A stretch of DNA of 64,000 bases, from positions 74,090,001 to 74,154,000 of the forward strand of contig OZ360230.1 in assembly GCA_977017645.1 (NCBI GenBank), read 5' to 3'. Below, in pieces: positions 1 through 11,800 of this stretch. Below the pieces are notes generated by a model. That model was given only the letters and a program-made list of their open reading frames with translations, ran no database searches and was not told where the DNA came from. The DNA comes from Torpedo marmorata. Its lineage: Eukaryota. Each line of letters begins with the position of its first letter. Position 1 is the first letter of the stretch. The position numbers and the translations under genes were made by a program.

Positions 1-3000
1 GTGTCGAGGTGAACTGTGCCCCTCTGTCCGAAGTTATGTTCGTTGGCAGCCCGAAACGGGCTATCCAATTGGCGATGAAGGCCCTGGCGTAGGATGTCAC
101 AGATGTGTCCGAGAGTGGTACCGCCTCTGGCCATCTGGTAAACCTGTCAACCATAGTGAACAGGTACATGGCGCCTCTGGAGATCGGCAGGGGACCAACG
201 ATGTCGACGTGCAAGTGGTCGAAACGCCTGTGCATTGGGGGAAACGACTGGAGCGGAGCTTTGATGTGCCTCTGAATCTTGGAGGCCTGGCAGTGTACGC
301 AAGTTCTGGCCCAATGGCCGACCTGTGTACTCAGGCCGTGCCACATAAACTTGTCGGCGACCAGCTGCATCGTAGCACGTATGGATGGGTGCGCTAAGCC
401 ATGAATGGCGTCGAAAACACGACGCCTCCAAGCGACGGGTACGATGGGTCTTGGCTGTCCGGTGGATATGTCGCAGAGAAGCGTAGCCCCGGAAGGTCCA
501 AGCCTCACGACCTCCAGTTTGAGCCCCAAAATGGCGGTACGGAAGGGCGGTATCTTGGCGTCCTGCAGCTGCGCTACTGCCAGAGCGGTGTAGTCGATCC
601 CAGGAGCCAAAGGGCTGATCGATTGAATGGACGTACAGGAGAGTGCGTCTGCCACGAGATTGCCCTTGCCTGCAATGTGCCTGATGGTAGTGGTGTATTC
701 CGAGATGTAGGAGAGATGTCTCTGTTGTCTTGCGGACCACGGATCTGACCTCTTAGCAAAGGCGAATGTCAGGGGCTTGTGGTCCGTGAAAACGGTGAAA
801 TCCCTCCCTTCCAGGAAATACCAGAAATGGCGGATGGCAAGGTAAAGGGCCAAGAGTTCTCGGTCGAACGCACTGTATTTCTGCTCCGGCGGCCTCAACT
901 GCCGACTCAAAAAGGCAAGTGGCTTCCAACGCCCATCGACCAGCTGCTCCAGGACACCTCCTACGACCATGAGGTCCATGGGCACGTTGACTCATGGGTG
1001 CACAAGCATGGTGGCATTGGCCAATGCATCTTTCGCTTTGTCAAAAGCTGCTGTGGCGTCCTCGTTCTACTCCAAGTCCTTGGGCTGGCCGGAAAGTAGT
1101 TTGAAGAGCGGCTGCATGATCCTGGCTGCCGCTGGTAGAAAGCGATGGTAGAAATTTACCATGCCTACAAATTGCTGCAGGCCCTTAACTGTGGATGGCC
1201 GGGCGAACCTGCGTATAGCTTCCACCTTGGAAGGAAGCGGCACTGCCCCATGCTGGTCAATGCGGTGCCCGAGGGAATCGATGGTTGTAAGCCCGATCTG
1301 GCATTTAGCAGGATTGACAGCTAGTCCGTATTCACGAAGGCTCTGGCAGAGCTGGCGCAGGTGCGTGCTGTGCTCCTGCCGGGAGCGGCTGGCAATAAAA
1401 ATATCATCCAGATAGATGAACACGAAGTCCAAGCCGCGGCCTACTGAGTCCATTAGCCTCGGGAAGGTTTGCGCCGCATTCTTTAACCCAAAGGATATAC
1501 GCAGGAACTCGAAAAGCCCAAAAGGAGTGATGAGCGCTGTTTTTGGGACGTCGTTGGGGTGCACCAGGATCTGATGGTATCCCCTAACCAGATCGATTTT
1601 CGAAAAAATCTTTGCATCGTGAAGGTTGGCGGTGAAATTCTGGATATGGGGAACCGGGTATCTGTCTGCCGTCGTGACGTAGTTGATACGGCAATAATCA
1701 CCACAAGGTCTCCAGCCACCAGATGCCTTGGGTTCCATGTGCAGGGGGGATGCCCATGGACTGTCGGAGCGTCGTACTATCCCCATTTCTTCCATTTTGC
1801 GGAACTCCTCCTTGGCAAGCTGCAGCTTGTCAGGGGGCAGCCTGCAGGCCCGGGTGTGTACAGGTGGTCCCTTTGTGAGGATGTGGTGCTGGACGCCATG
1901 CTTCGGCATGACTGATGAGAATTGGGGAATGACTATGCTCGGAAACTCCGCTAAGATCTTGGCGTAAGCGTCGTGAGAGAAAGTCACCGAATCGAGGTGA
2001 GGTGCCGGAAGAGTGACCTGGTATAGGGCGAGGGACTGGAAGGTCTTAGAATTCACTAAGCGGCATCCTTTCAGGTCCACGCGAGGCAGTGGGCTCGGAG
2101 GAAGTCTGCTCCCAGCAAGGGTTGCGATACGTCTGCCAGTGTGAAGGTCCATGTAAACCGGCCGGGGCCTAATTCCAGAGGGATGGTCTGCACTCCGTAT
2201 GTTCGGATATTGCTGCCATTAGCCACAGTGCGGCAAGACCCGGTCTTTCCCGCACGAGTGTCCCAGCTCATGGGAGGCAACACGCTGATCTCTGCTCCCG
2301 TGTCGACCAGGAAACGCCGACCGGAATGCCAGTCCCAAAGATAGAGCAGGTTGTATTTGCGGCCAACCATCGTAGTCATCAACGACGGCCGGCCGAGGCA
2401 TTTCCCGGATGCGAGCAAGGTGGTCGGCAGCGGAACCCCAGCGCTGATGGTAGTAGCACCACCGTTCCTTGTCCGAGCTGTCCCCAGCTGTGTTAGGCTT
2501 TCTCTCCGGCACTGGGATAGTACGACAACCCGGTCGATGGTTGCTCTGCCATATTGATTGGCCTGTGATGCAGCAACGTAGTCAATGGCAGGTCCGCCAT
2601 CTCGCTTAGCCTGCCATAGGGCGTCGGCTAGGGCCGTCACCCTGCGAGGGTCGCCGAAGTCGTCGTCGGCCAGGAGCAGGCGAATGTCCTCCGGCATCCG
2701 TTCTAGGAATATCTGCTCAAACAGCAGGCAGGGTTTGTGACCGTCCATCAGCGCCAGCATGTCGCTCATGAGAGCGGATGGTGTGTGGTCGCCCAGGCCA
2801 TCCATATGCAGCAGCCGCGCTGCTCGCTTGCGGCGGGAGAGCCCGAAAGTGTGTATGATGAGCGCTTTGAGTTCCTCATACCTGATTTCGGTGGGGGGCT
2901 GCTGCAGGAAATCGACAATCCTGCCGGCGGTCTCCTGGTCCAGAGAACTGACCACGTAATAGTATTTTGTGGCGTCAGCGGTGATTTGCCTAACCTGAAA

Positions 3001-3085
3001 CTGAGCCTCAGCCTGCTGGGACCAGACAACAGGCTGTGAGGTCCAGAGTGTAGGCTGCTTCAAGGAGACTGCGTTAGCATCGTTC

Positions 3086-3103
3086 ATCACGTCGGGGTCA
3101 CCA
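3086..3103 (-). promoter_or_regulatory. Primer-binding site complementary to the tRNA-Trp 3' end
   Basis: Minus strand reads TGGTGACCCCGACGTGAT, the reverse complement of the eukaryotic tRNA-Trp 3' terminus ATCACGTCGGGGTCACCA. Confidence 0.9.
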
Positions 3104-3106
3104 AAA

Positions 3107-3341
3107 TGTAGCGAACCAAGACACGGTAGTCCTTGTGAGGCGGTTTAACTCCACGTTTTATTGGCACTCTCTGGTGTATATTTCAAGCACAAAAACCCCC
3201 AAGATCCTTTGCGGCCCCCAGGACCATTGTGACGTCAGCCTGGAGGTCTGATAACGCTCCCAGTGTCTCGGGGCTCTCAGCCCCGCGCGAGCCTGCACCT
3301 CCGTGACCCAGTTCGCTTGCGGATCGGCGCAGCCTGCTACA
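3107..3341 (-). repeat. 5' LTR of Gypsy element 1 (235 bp)
   Basis: Terminal inverted TGTAGC...GCTACA; AATAAA on the minus strand near 3157-3162; lies 3 nt from the PBS. Confidence 0.9.
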
Positions 3342-3344
3342 GTT

Positions 3345-3580
3345 TCATAAATATGAGAGTCTTGGATTATTAGTGTGAGCAGATCCTTTTGTCATTCAGC
3401 ATTCTCGCTGCCCGTGGGAAGAAGCTGTTCCTCAATCTGGTGGTGCTTGGATCTGATACTCTTATATCTCTTTTCCAATGGGAGCAGCTGAAAGATGCTG
3501 TGTGCAGGGTGGAATGGGTCCTCGTTGATTTTGCGCGCCCTCTTCAGACAATGATCCCGGTAGATCACGTTGATGGGGGG
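3345..3580 (-). mobile_element. Rex1/Babar-type LINE 3' fragment
   Basis: Reverse complement contains ...aacagcttcttccc (NSFFP), the same C-terminal motif as other Rex1 copies at 14.5 kb and 53.8 kb. Confidence 0.7.
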
Positions 3581-4059
3581 GTTGGCCTACGAGATGTCCT
3601 CTGGTCTGCTTGCAAAACAACCTCTATCACTGCATTTACGATACCTGACAATAAATGTGAACTTGAACCGCATGTATAATGGATGGGGATTTTATAGGCC
3701 TGTTCGCATGAGTAAATGACATCACACAAGGCCCGAATGCTTGTACGGGCCTCTGATCACGTCCTGGATGCTCTTGGCCAGCAAGTTCATACTTACAAGT
3801 CTTAATCAGTGTGAGAAGATGGAGAATTTGATTGACAGGTGTGAATCGTGAAAGCCAATTAGTAAGATCTACGGCATTATGGTTATTGAAAGCTTTTTAT
3901 TTTAGATGTCCAGCGTTTGTAGCTTTTTGATTTTCACCAGTTAAGCTAACCCAGTCCTCTTAAAGGGAAGGAAGATTATGGCTTCTGCAAGTCATTTTAA
4001 AGAATGAATTTAAGAAACTTAGGGGACATTGGAATGATTTTCAAGGGAGTACCCAAGTA

Positions 4060-4230
4060 ATGGTGCAGGAGGTGAAGAGAAGGAGAATACTGTTTCAGTG
4101 GGGTTGGGTGGGGGGTCCTTCAGGCACAGAATCAAAAGGCAGTGAGTGGAGCCAGAGACCAAGGCCAATGTCAGAAGTAAAGCCAAGGGAACTTGATGTG
4201 GTACAGCAACCGGTTCAATGACTTCATATG
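4060..4230 (+). mobile_element. Possible decayed PIF/Harbinger Myb-like ORF fragment
   Basis: Translations VQEVKRRRILFQ and WYSNRFNDF resemble the Myb/SANT (EV..RR.VLF ... W.QCRKRFNDL) domain of the second Harbinger ORF; heavily degraded. Confidence 0.35.
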
Positions 4231-4329
4231 CATGGACAGCAGATGTGCCTTTAATAAAGAGACTGCAGCTCTAGTCTCAGACACTGCTAATTGCTACACT
4301 CTCAGATTCACCCATCAAAATGTTACCAG

Positions 4330-4850
4330 TTCAGAGTTGTGCAGTGTGCACTTGATAATAGAAAAACAGGGTTTTGCTTAAAGGGATAGGGAGTACAGAA
4401 TGCTGCTCTACAGATGGTACTAGATGTCCTCATACATGAAGCACAGAAAATCTGCAAGTATAGCAGGCAATAAGGAAAGCAAATGAATCTTGTTCTTTCT
4501 GGCAAAGAGATGTAGCATAAAAGTAGGGGAGTCTGGCTACAGGTAAGGCTACACCTGACACAATCTTGGTCTCCCTGTGTAATGGGATACACTTGATTTT
4601 GAGTCCATTCAGGGAAGGTTAACTTGGTTTAATTCATGGGATAAAAAAAAAAATCGGTTGAGTTTGGAGGAAAGTTTAACCAGTTTGAACTTGTACTCAT
4701 TAATGTTTAGAAGAATGCAAGTGATCTTATTGCAACTTAAAATTCTCAGGGGGTTTCAAGGGTGGATGTTGGAGGAAACCAGTCAACAGATTTTATTGTA
4801 CTTGATTGGTCTCAATGCGCTAAATGGCTCTCCTTCTCTAACCTTCTATT
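4330..4850 (+). mobile_element. Old CR1 LINE 3' fragment
   Basis: Decayed match to the CR1 RT C-terminus (gcaataaggaaagcaaatg, ttgtactcatt..gtttagaagaatg..gatcttattg) and to the CR1 3' tail. Confidence 0.65.
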
Positions 4851-6402
4851 CTTCGAAGGACACTCCATTCATAAGCAATCTTCAAGTTACAGGGACAAAT
4901 GCATCCTGGAAATTGCAGCAGGTTACCTTTTGAAATCTCTAAGCCGTCAATATTGGCTCTGGGATGCCTCCTCAATTCATCCATCAGACAACCTGAAGTC
5001 TCCTGAGAAAGACACTGTTAGACATACTTTAATACAACTGTATACACATTTATTAATATTTAATGACTTGTATGTCTTTATTGTATCACAATGCATTTTT
5101 AGTGACAAGGTACTCTGTGACATTTTTAAAGCAATTTGGCAGCCAAAAAGGGGATCTTAAACTATTTCCCCTGATTTGAAAGGACCTGTGGGTGGAATGA
5201 GTGAGTTGCTCTGATAAAATATCAGCAAGATCATGATAGGCCAGGCCAAATAATCAAGAATTCAACACTTGTTTTCACATTTTTTTATTGCTAGAGTTTT
5301 CTGCTGGCTTGTGCTTGTTTCATCATTTTCCTGCATTTAGGTATTGTTTCATTGATAACTTTCCTATCTATTTCTTACAATTCAATTGGATAGTTATCAA
5401 GCACAAATTGTTCATATGACTTGACACACATCAGTTAAAGTAAGTTTTTGTACATTTCAAGTGATTTTTTTTCTGCATAAAATACAAACCAATAGCCATG
5501 GTCCCTGAAACACTGGGGTCTTTTGTGCATCTGAAGTAATCCTATGGTAAGCAAAGACTGACACAGCTGAGGAGCTGGGGGTGGGTGAATATAGCCAGCT
5601 TGAACAGCACTAGGTATATTTCTGTCCCAAACAGAAATCTCCTGGTGCTTTCTCTGGGAATGGGAGGGAATGTGGTCTTCCTCTCGACCTCCAGATGTTG
5701 CATTTGAAGAGAAGGTGGGATCAAGATTATACTTCACTGCTGGCCACAATTCTCACTCTAATAGATTTGCTGCAGCTGTGTGGATATTTGAGACCTGTCT
5801 TTCTGTAGAATGTGTTCTTCAAGAATGCAATAGCTCTGACCATCTTCTGCATACCAACACAGACACATATCCTTTACACCACTCATATGTCAATTGAGCT
5901 AGCAAGAAGCCTTAGGACACATCTTTCTTCCTCCTCTCCCACTGCCCACCCTTTCTGTTTGACTTCATCTGCTTCAGTTGGAAAATTTGGAAAGGTTTAT
6001 CCTCAGTGTTTGCCCTTCAATGGCAGGTTGCCTGGTCTATTTAGAAGGGAGGAGCTCTTTCAAGGTGAAAACCACTAATTCCATTGTACACAAGGAAAAT
6101 CAGATTAACAAAGCTACATATGTAAATTAAATGTTTGTAATTTGTCTAGGAACTTTTTTGTTGACCTTGTGTATTAGTTTTACATTTGTTATTTCATTTT
6201 TAAATGTGGCTTGCAAGGGATTATTTGTACGAAGTGAAGGTAATGTTCAGATAACCTTAATTTCAGTCCTTGTATTTCAACAGTGAGGCTAAGGCAGTCC
6301 CTCTTTCAGGTGTACAGTCAGCCAACTAGACTTTTTCTTGTTAGATTCCAATAAGCAATGGGGTACGGAGGGTGGTGAATGTAGAACAAAAGCCATCTAT
6401 TT

Positions 6403-6559
6403 TAAATTTGCACCCAATTGACCAACAAACCCTGGTACGCTTAGAAGGGTGGGAGGAAACCCACCCAGACACGGGGAGAACGTAGAAACTCCTTGCAGAC
6501 AGTGCAGGATTTGAACCCCAGTCCCGATCGCTGATGCTGTAACAGTGTTGCGCTAACTG
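6403..6559 (-). mobile_element. tRNA-derived V-SINE (HE1-like), partial
   Basis: Reverse complement has a B-box (ggttcaaatcc) and the V-domain GTTCTCCCCGTGTCTG.GTGGGTTTCCTCC. Confidence 0.8.
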
Positions 6560-6956
6560 ATTGTGGTAGCATGTGTTTGGGCCACTCGGTAATTGGCATA
6601 CCACATCATAATTATACTGTAAGATTTGAAACATGAAGTTCTCCCACACAAGATTACACTAGACTGCATATTTCTTTAAAAAAATGAACTTATCTGGATA
6701 TATTTAAGTTTAGAGACATAATATTTCTGTTGCAGGAAATGAAGAAGGGCAAGGCTTTATTCAAACAATAAAAATGTTTTGCCTCTACCTTTTGTTATTG
6801 TATTGAATCAGTAATAACGTCCCTAACTGGAAATGATTAGTGCACAGTACCCAAATCTGACACAAGTTCATTGTCTTTATGCCTTTCAAAAATAATTATG
6901 GACAACCAATCCAGTCCCCTCCCTGTCTCTATTTGGTGCACACGATTTGATTACTC

Positions 6957-7337
6957 TGTAGCCGACTGCTACGAAGAAACACACACACGCAGTGTGGAAG
7001 GTTAAGCTCTCTGGTTTATTGAGGCTGGAAATGCTTCTTTTGTACAGTTGGAGTTCCCGTCGTTTGAGTTGATTGGTTGACATTAGCTGCATGAATAACA
7101 ATAGCAGGCGGGAACGTTCTTGCATATGAATACCCTTCTTTCCCAGCCTGGTATTGATCTGTTAGCTGGGCAGCTTGGCCAGCGCCATTTTAGGGCTGCT
7201 GGTCTTGTACTGCTCCAGCTTTCAACCGCGTCGGTTCGCTATGCTAAGGGTCGCGTTACAGTATGTTATGCCGCTGTTTACTACCATGTGCATCGCGCGA
7301 TGTGCCGGCTCGATCTCCGCGGTGGCTGGCCGCCACA
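6957..7337 (-). repeat. 3' LTR of Gypsy element 2 (381 bp)
   Basis: Minus strand TGTGGCGGCC...CGGCTACA immediately after the PPT; AATAAA on the minus strand near 7015-7020; unrelated to the element 1 LTR. Confidence 0.85.
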
Positions 7338-8869
7338 TGACCCCCCCAGAACCGGTGCTACAGTTCATAGTGTCCGTGGATGCAGTCCCCAATGTCTTTG
7401 GTGGTCTGCCTCTGCGCCAAGGTGCTGGCATCTCCACGGGTTGTGTCGGGTCCGTGTGTGCCAGCTTGAGCCTGTCTGCGGTGAAGACCTCTGGTTTGCC
7501 ATCGATGTCCAGTTCGAAGGTGGCCCCGTTGTTCCGGTCGACTTGGAAGGGGCCTTCATAGGGCTTCTGTAGCAGTGGACGGTGTGGCCCTCTGCATACG
7601 AATACATACTCACAGTCTTGGAGTTCTTAAGGGATGTTGAACTTGGCTTGCCCATGTCTGGAGGGTAGGATCGGAGCCAGGTTACTGACCTTTTCCCGCA
7701 GCCTGTCCAGGAAGGTGGTTGTATCCTCCTGTTGACCTCTGGCCGGTGGGACGAAATCCCCGGGGACCATGAGTGGAGCTCCGTAGACGAGCTCGGCAGT
7801 TCGTCAACCCAGTTGGGGCCCTTGAGTCTGGTCATAAGGGCGGCCTTGAGGTACCTGTGGAAGCGCTCAACCAGCCCGTTAGACTGCAGGTGGTATGCTG
7901 ACGTGTGGTGTAGCTGAGCGCCCCACAGGTTGGCAATGTCGGTCCATAGGCTGGAGGTAAATTGTGTGTCTCTGTCGGAGGTTATGTGGCATGGTAGCCT
8001 GAACCTTGCTACCCAGGATGAGATGAGTGCCTTAGTGCAGGACCTGGTGGATGTGTCGGCCAGGGGGATTGTTTCTGGCCACCGGGTGAAACGGTCAACC
8101 ACCGAGAACAGGTAGCAGAAACCCTGAGAGACTGGTAAGGGTCCCACTATGTCCACATGAATGTGGTCAAACCTTCGCTCCATTGGCTTGAAAGGCTGCG
8201 GGGGGACATTGGTGTGCCTCTGTACCTTGGCTGTTTGGCACTGTGTGCATGTCTTGGCCCATCCGCTGACTTGATTCCGCAATCCATGCCACGCGTACTT
8301 GCTGGCCACCAACCAGACCGTGGTCCTGATTGATGGATGTGCCAGCCCGTGGATGGAGTCGAAAACTCGTCGCCTCCATGCCATTGGGACGATAGGTCGA
8401 ACCTGCCCGGTGGCCATGTCGCACAGGAGGGTAGTGTTACCTGTGTCGACTGGGATGTCCTGAGGCTGCAGCCCCGTGACGGCAGTCCTGTACTGAGGCA
8501 TCTCGTCATCCTGCTGCTGTGCCTCCGCCAGTGCCACGAAATCCAGTCCGTTAGCCAGAGCGTGGATGCTCTGTCTCGACAAGGCGTCCGCGACCACGTT
8601 GTCTTTTCCCGAGATGTGCCTTACGTCGGTGGTGTACTCCGAGACGTAAGACAAGTGTCTCTGCTGGCGGGCTGACCAGGGATCGGAGATCTTGGCCAGG
8701 GAGAATGTCAGTGGCTTGTGGTCTGCGAAAGCTGTGAAAGTCCTTCCCTCTAGGAAGTACCGGAAGTGGTGGATGGCTAAGTACAGCGCCAGTAGCTCTC
8801 TGTCGAAAGCACTGTACTTTAGCTCAGGGGGCCGCAGATGTTTGCTGAAGAAAGCTAGTGGACGCCACA
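6957..8869 (-). mobile_element. Gypsy element 2: RNase H, integrase, PPT and 3' LTR; 5' half missing
   Basis: ORF 7365-8870: WRPLAFFSKHL..YSAFDRELLA (RNase H), HGLAHP..C..C zinc finger, DIVGPLP, SNGLVERFH (integrase). PPT TCTGGGGGGG at 7341-7350. Confidence 0.95.
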
Positions 8870-11800
8870 AACATTACAATATGTTGTGGGACTTGAAACT
8901 TCTTCAGATTCAGAGGATAAGAAGAAAGAGAAGAAAGGAATGATGGAAGAATAAATGGGAGAAATGGAGGGAGAGGCTGAGGATTCAAGTGAAGAAGTGT
9001 TTCCAAAACCGCAAACTCAACAAATGCTTAAAGCTATTTCAAAAATGGAATATCGTTTGGAATTTAGACTTAATGGAATTGAAGAAGAAATTAAAGCTAT
9101 GAAACAAGATATGAAAAGATAGACAAATATTGTGAATACAGTGAAAGCGAAAGTTCAGGAAATTGAAAAAGAAGTTAAAGAACATTGTGAAGAAATGGTG
9201 GATTATAAGGATAGAGTTGATAAAGTAGAAGATTCATTTACAGGTTGGGAACAACAAAGAAATGAACTTTTACAAAAGTTGGATGTATTGGAAAATCTGA
9301 GCCAGAGGAATAATATTAAAATTGTGGGATTACCTGAAAATTTTGAAAACTACGATACGATTGAATTTTTTCAGAAATGGATTTCAGATGTTTTGGGTTT
9401 TGACAATGAACTGGAGTTAGAGAGAGCGCATAGAGTCGGTAGACGGAATCAGTATGCTGGTCAAAGACCACGTTCAGTTTTGGATAAATGTCTTCGGTAT
9501 CCGGACAAAGAGAAAGTATTGAAAGTAGCTATTCAAAAAGCTAAGCTACATAATGGTCCACTGATGGTTCAGGGAAACAGAGTTTTCTTTTATCCTGATT
9601 TGAGTTCAGTTATAGTTAAAAAACATAAAAAATTTAACCCAGCAAAAGTGATTCTTTGGAATAAGGGATATAAGTTTTCCTTTAGATATCCTGCGGTTTT
9701 GAAGGTTCAGTCTGCAGAGAATCAATTTCGTTTTTTTACGGATTGCCAACAAGCGCTCCAATATGCAAATTCTCTTCCGTATTTGAAGAAAGATCAAGAT
9801 TTGATGGATCATCACCAAGTTCAAGAGATTTCACCATCGCAAGTTTCTTTGCCAAGTACTTCAGGAAAAGAGGAGGAGGTTGAGATCGAGATTGATGAAG
9901 ACCAAGTTCATAAGGACCTTGAAGAAGCTAAATGAAGTTATGATAATAAATGTTGTGTAAAATCTGTTGGGGGGCGGACTTTTTGTTTCTCCTTCCTAGC
10001 CACATACCACCTTAGTGGCGAGGGCCACTTCTCGAGTAATGGAGGGGGGTAATACTGGGGTAATTTTGCCAGTATTGTATACATTGGGGTTTTGTTTCTT
10101 TTCTATTTTCTTGTTTTTTCTTTTTCTTTTTAAGGAGATGTCAAATAGATTACGATTCTGGAGGAGGGTGCTGGTAGATTTGATGGAGAGAGACTTAATA
10201 AGATTTAGTAATGATGGATAGTAAAACAATAAATGTAGTAAGCATTAATATAAATGGGCTAAATAACCCGATTAAAAGGAAGAACACTTTAGCGCATATT
10301 AAAAAGTTAAATGTAGACATAGCTTTTTTACAAAAGACACATTTGACAGATTTGGAACATCAGAAGTTGAAAAGAGAATGGGTTGGTCAAGTGGTTGCTT
10401 CTTCATTTAATTCTAAAGCAAGAGGAGTGGCCATATTATTTAATTAAAAGTTACCCTTTAAAATACAATCTGTGATTATAGATGTGGTAGGTAGATATGT
10501 TTTAATACATTGTCAGATATATTCAGAATTGTGGACACTTATGAATATATATGTACCAAATCCGGATGATGAACAATTTATTCAAGATTCTTTTATGCAT
10601 CTGTCAGAAGCTAATGATAATATTTTAATTGATGGGGATTTTAATTGTTGTTTAGATCCGATAATGGATAAAACATCAAGATCAGTTGCTAAATCTAAAA
10701 TTGCCAAAAGAGTTCTTAGTTTGATGAAAGACTTAAATTTAATAGATATTTGGAGAAAATTGAATCCTAGAGAAAAAGATTGGTAGGATAGATATGTCTT
10801 CACAAGTCCAAGATAGAGTAACACAAGCATCTTATAAAGCAAGAATAATTTCTGATCATTTGCCTTTATTAATGTCTTGTATAATTCCAGAAAAAGAGAA
10901 AACTATATATAGGTGGAGATTTAATTCTTCTTTATTAAAAAGAATGGATTTTTGTGATTATATAAGAGAAATACAGGAATTTTTACAAATAAATTCTAAT
11001 TTGACTGATAATAAATTTATTATTTGGGAAGCTTTAAAGGCTTATTTAAGAGGTCAAATAATAAGTTATTCAGCGAAAATTAAGAAGGATTATCTTCGAG
11101 AGGTGGATAATTTGGAGAGGGAGATTGAATGTTTGGAGAAGGACTTGCAAAAAAAGAGATCAGAAGAAAAGAGGAATAATTTAGTTGGAAGAAAATGCAT
11201 TATAATTTGTTACAAACATACAAAATGGAAAAATTAATTGAAATAACTAAACAAAGATATTATGAATTGGGAGAAAGAGCACATAAAGTGTTGGCGTGGC
11301 AATTAAAGAAAGATCAAACTTCTAGAACTATAAATGCTATAAAAAAGAATTCTAAGAAAATAACATATAAACCTCGAGAAATAAATGATTCTTTTAAGGA
11401 TTATTATTTGAATTTATATAAATCTCAGATTGATGAAGATGACTCTAAAATTAATAGATTTTTTATCTAAAATTAAGCTACCTAGATTAAATACTCAAAG
11501 TAAAGAACTTTTGGATTCGTCTTTTTCAATGAGGGAAGTTAATGAGGTTCTTAGTTCTTTAACAAGTGGTAAATCTCCAGGGGAAGATGGTTTCCCATCA
11601 GAGTTTTATAAGGAGTTTAAAGATTTATTAATACCTCCATATGTGGATGTGTTGAAACAAATAACGGAAACTCATTCGTTACCGGAAACATTTTCGAATG
11701 CAATAATTACAGTTGTACCTAAAAAAGATAGAGATGTGTTGAAAACAGAATCATATAGACCAATTTCATTGTTAAATATGGATTATAAGATAATGGCTAA

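Larger units (their letters stand above)
1..3341 (-). mobile_element. Ty3/Gypsy LTR retrotransposon (Mag-like), 5' LTR to integrase, frameshifted; 3' end outside the window
   Basis: Minus-strand ORFs: gag (AEAQF..R.IT...TKYYYVV..LD), protease FLVDTGAEISVLP (2071-3090), RT with FSKIDLVRGYHQ and FIYLDD (1067-2152), then RNase H and integrase remnants toward base 1. Domain order PR-RT-RH-IN. LTR and PBS present. Confidence 0.95.

Noticed and set aside
209-3039. Plus-strand ORFs over Gypsy element 1
   Set aside because: Antisense shadows of GC-rich gag-pol coding sequence.
3086-3103. tRNA-Trp gene
   Set aside because: Only the 3' 18 nt including CCA are present, next to an LTR; this is a PBS.
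3107-7337. The two LTRs as ends of one element
   Set aside because: Sequences and lengths differ, and their positions relative to PBS and PPT assign them to two separate elements.
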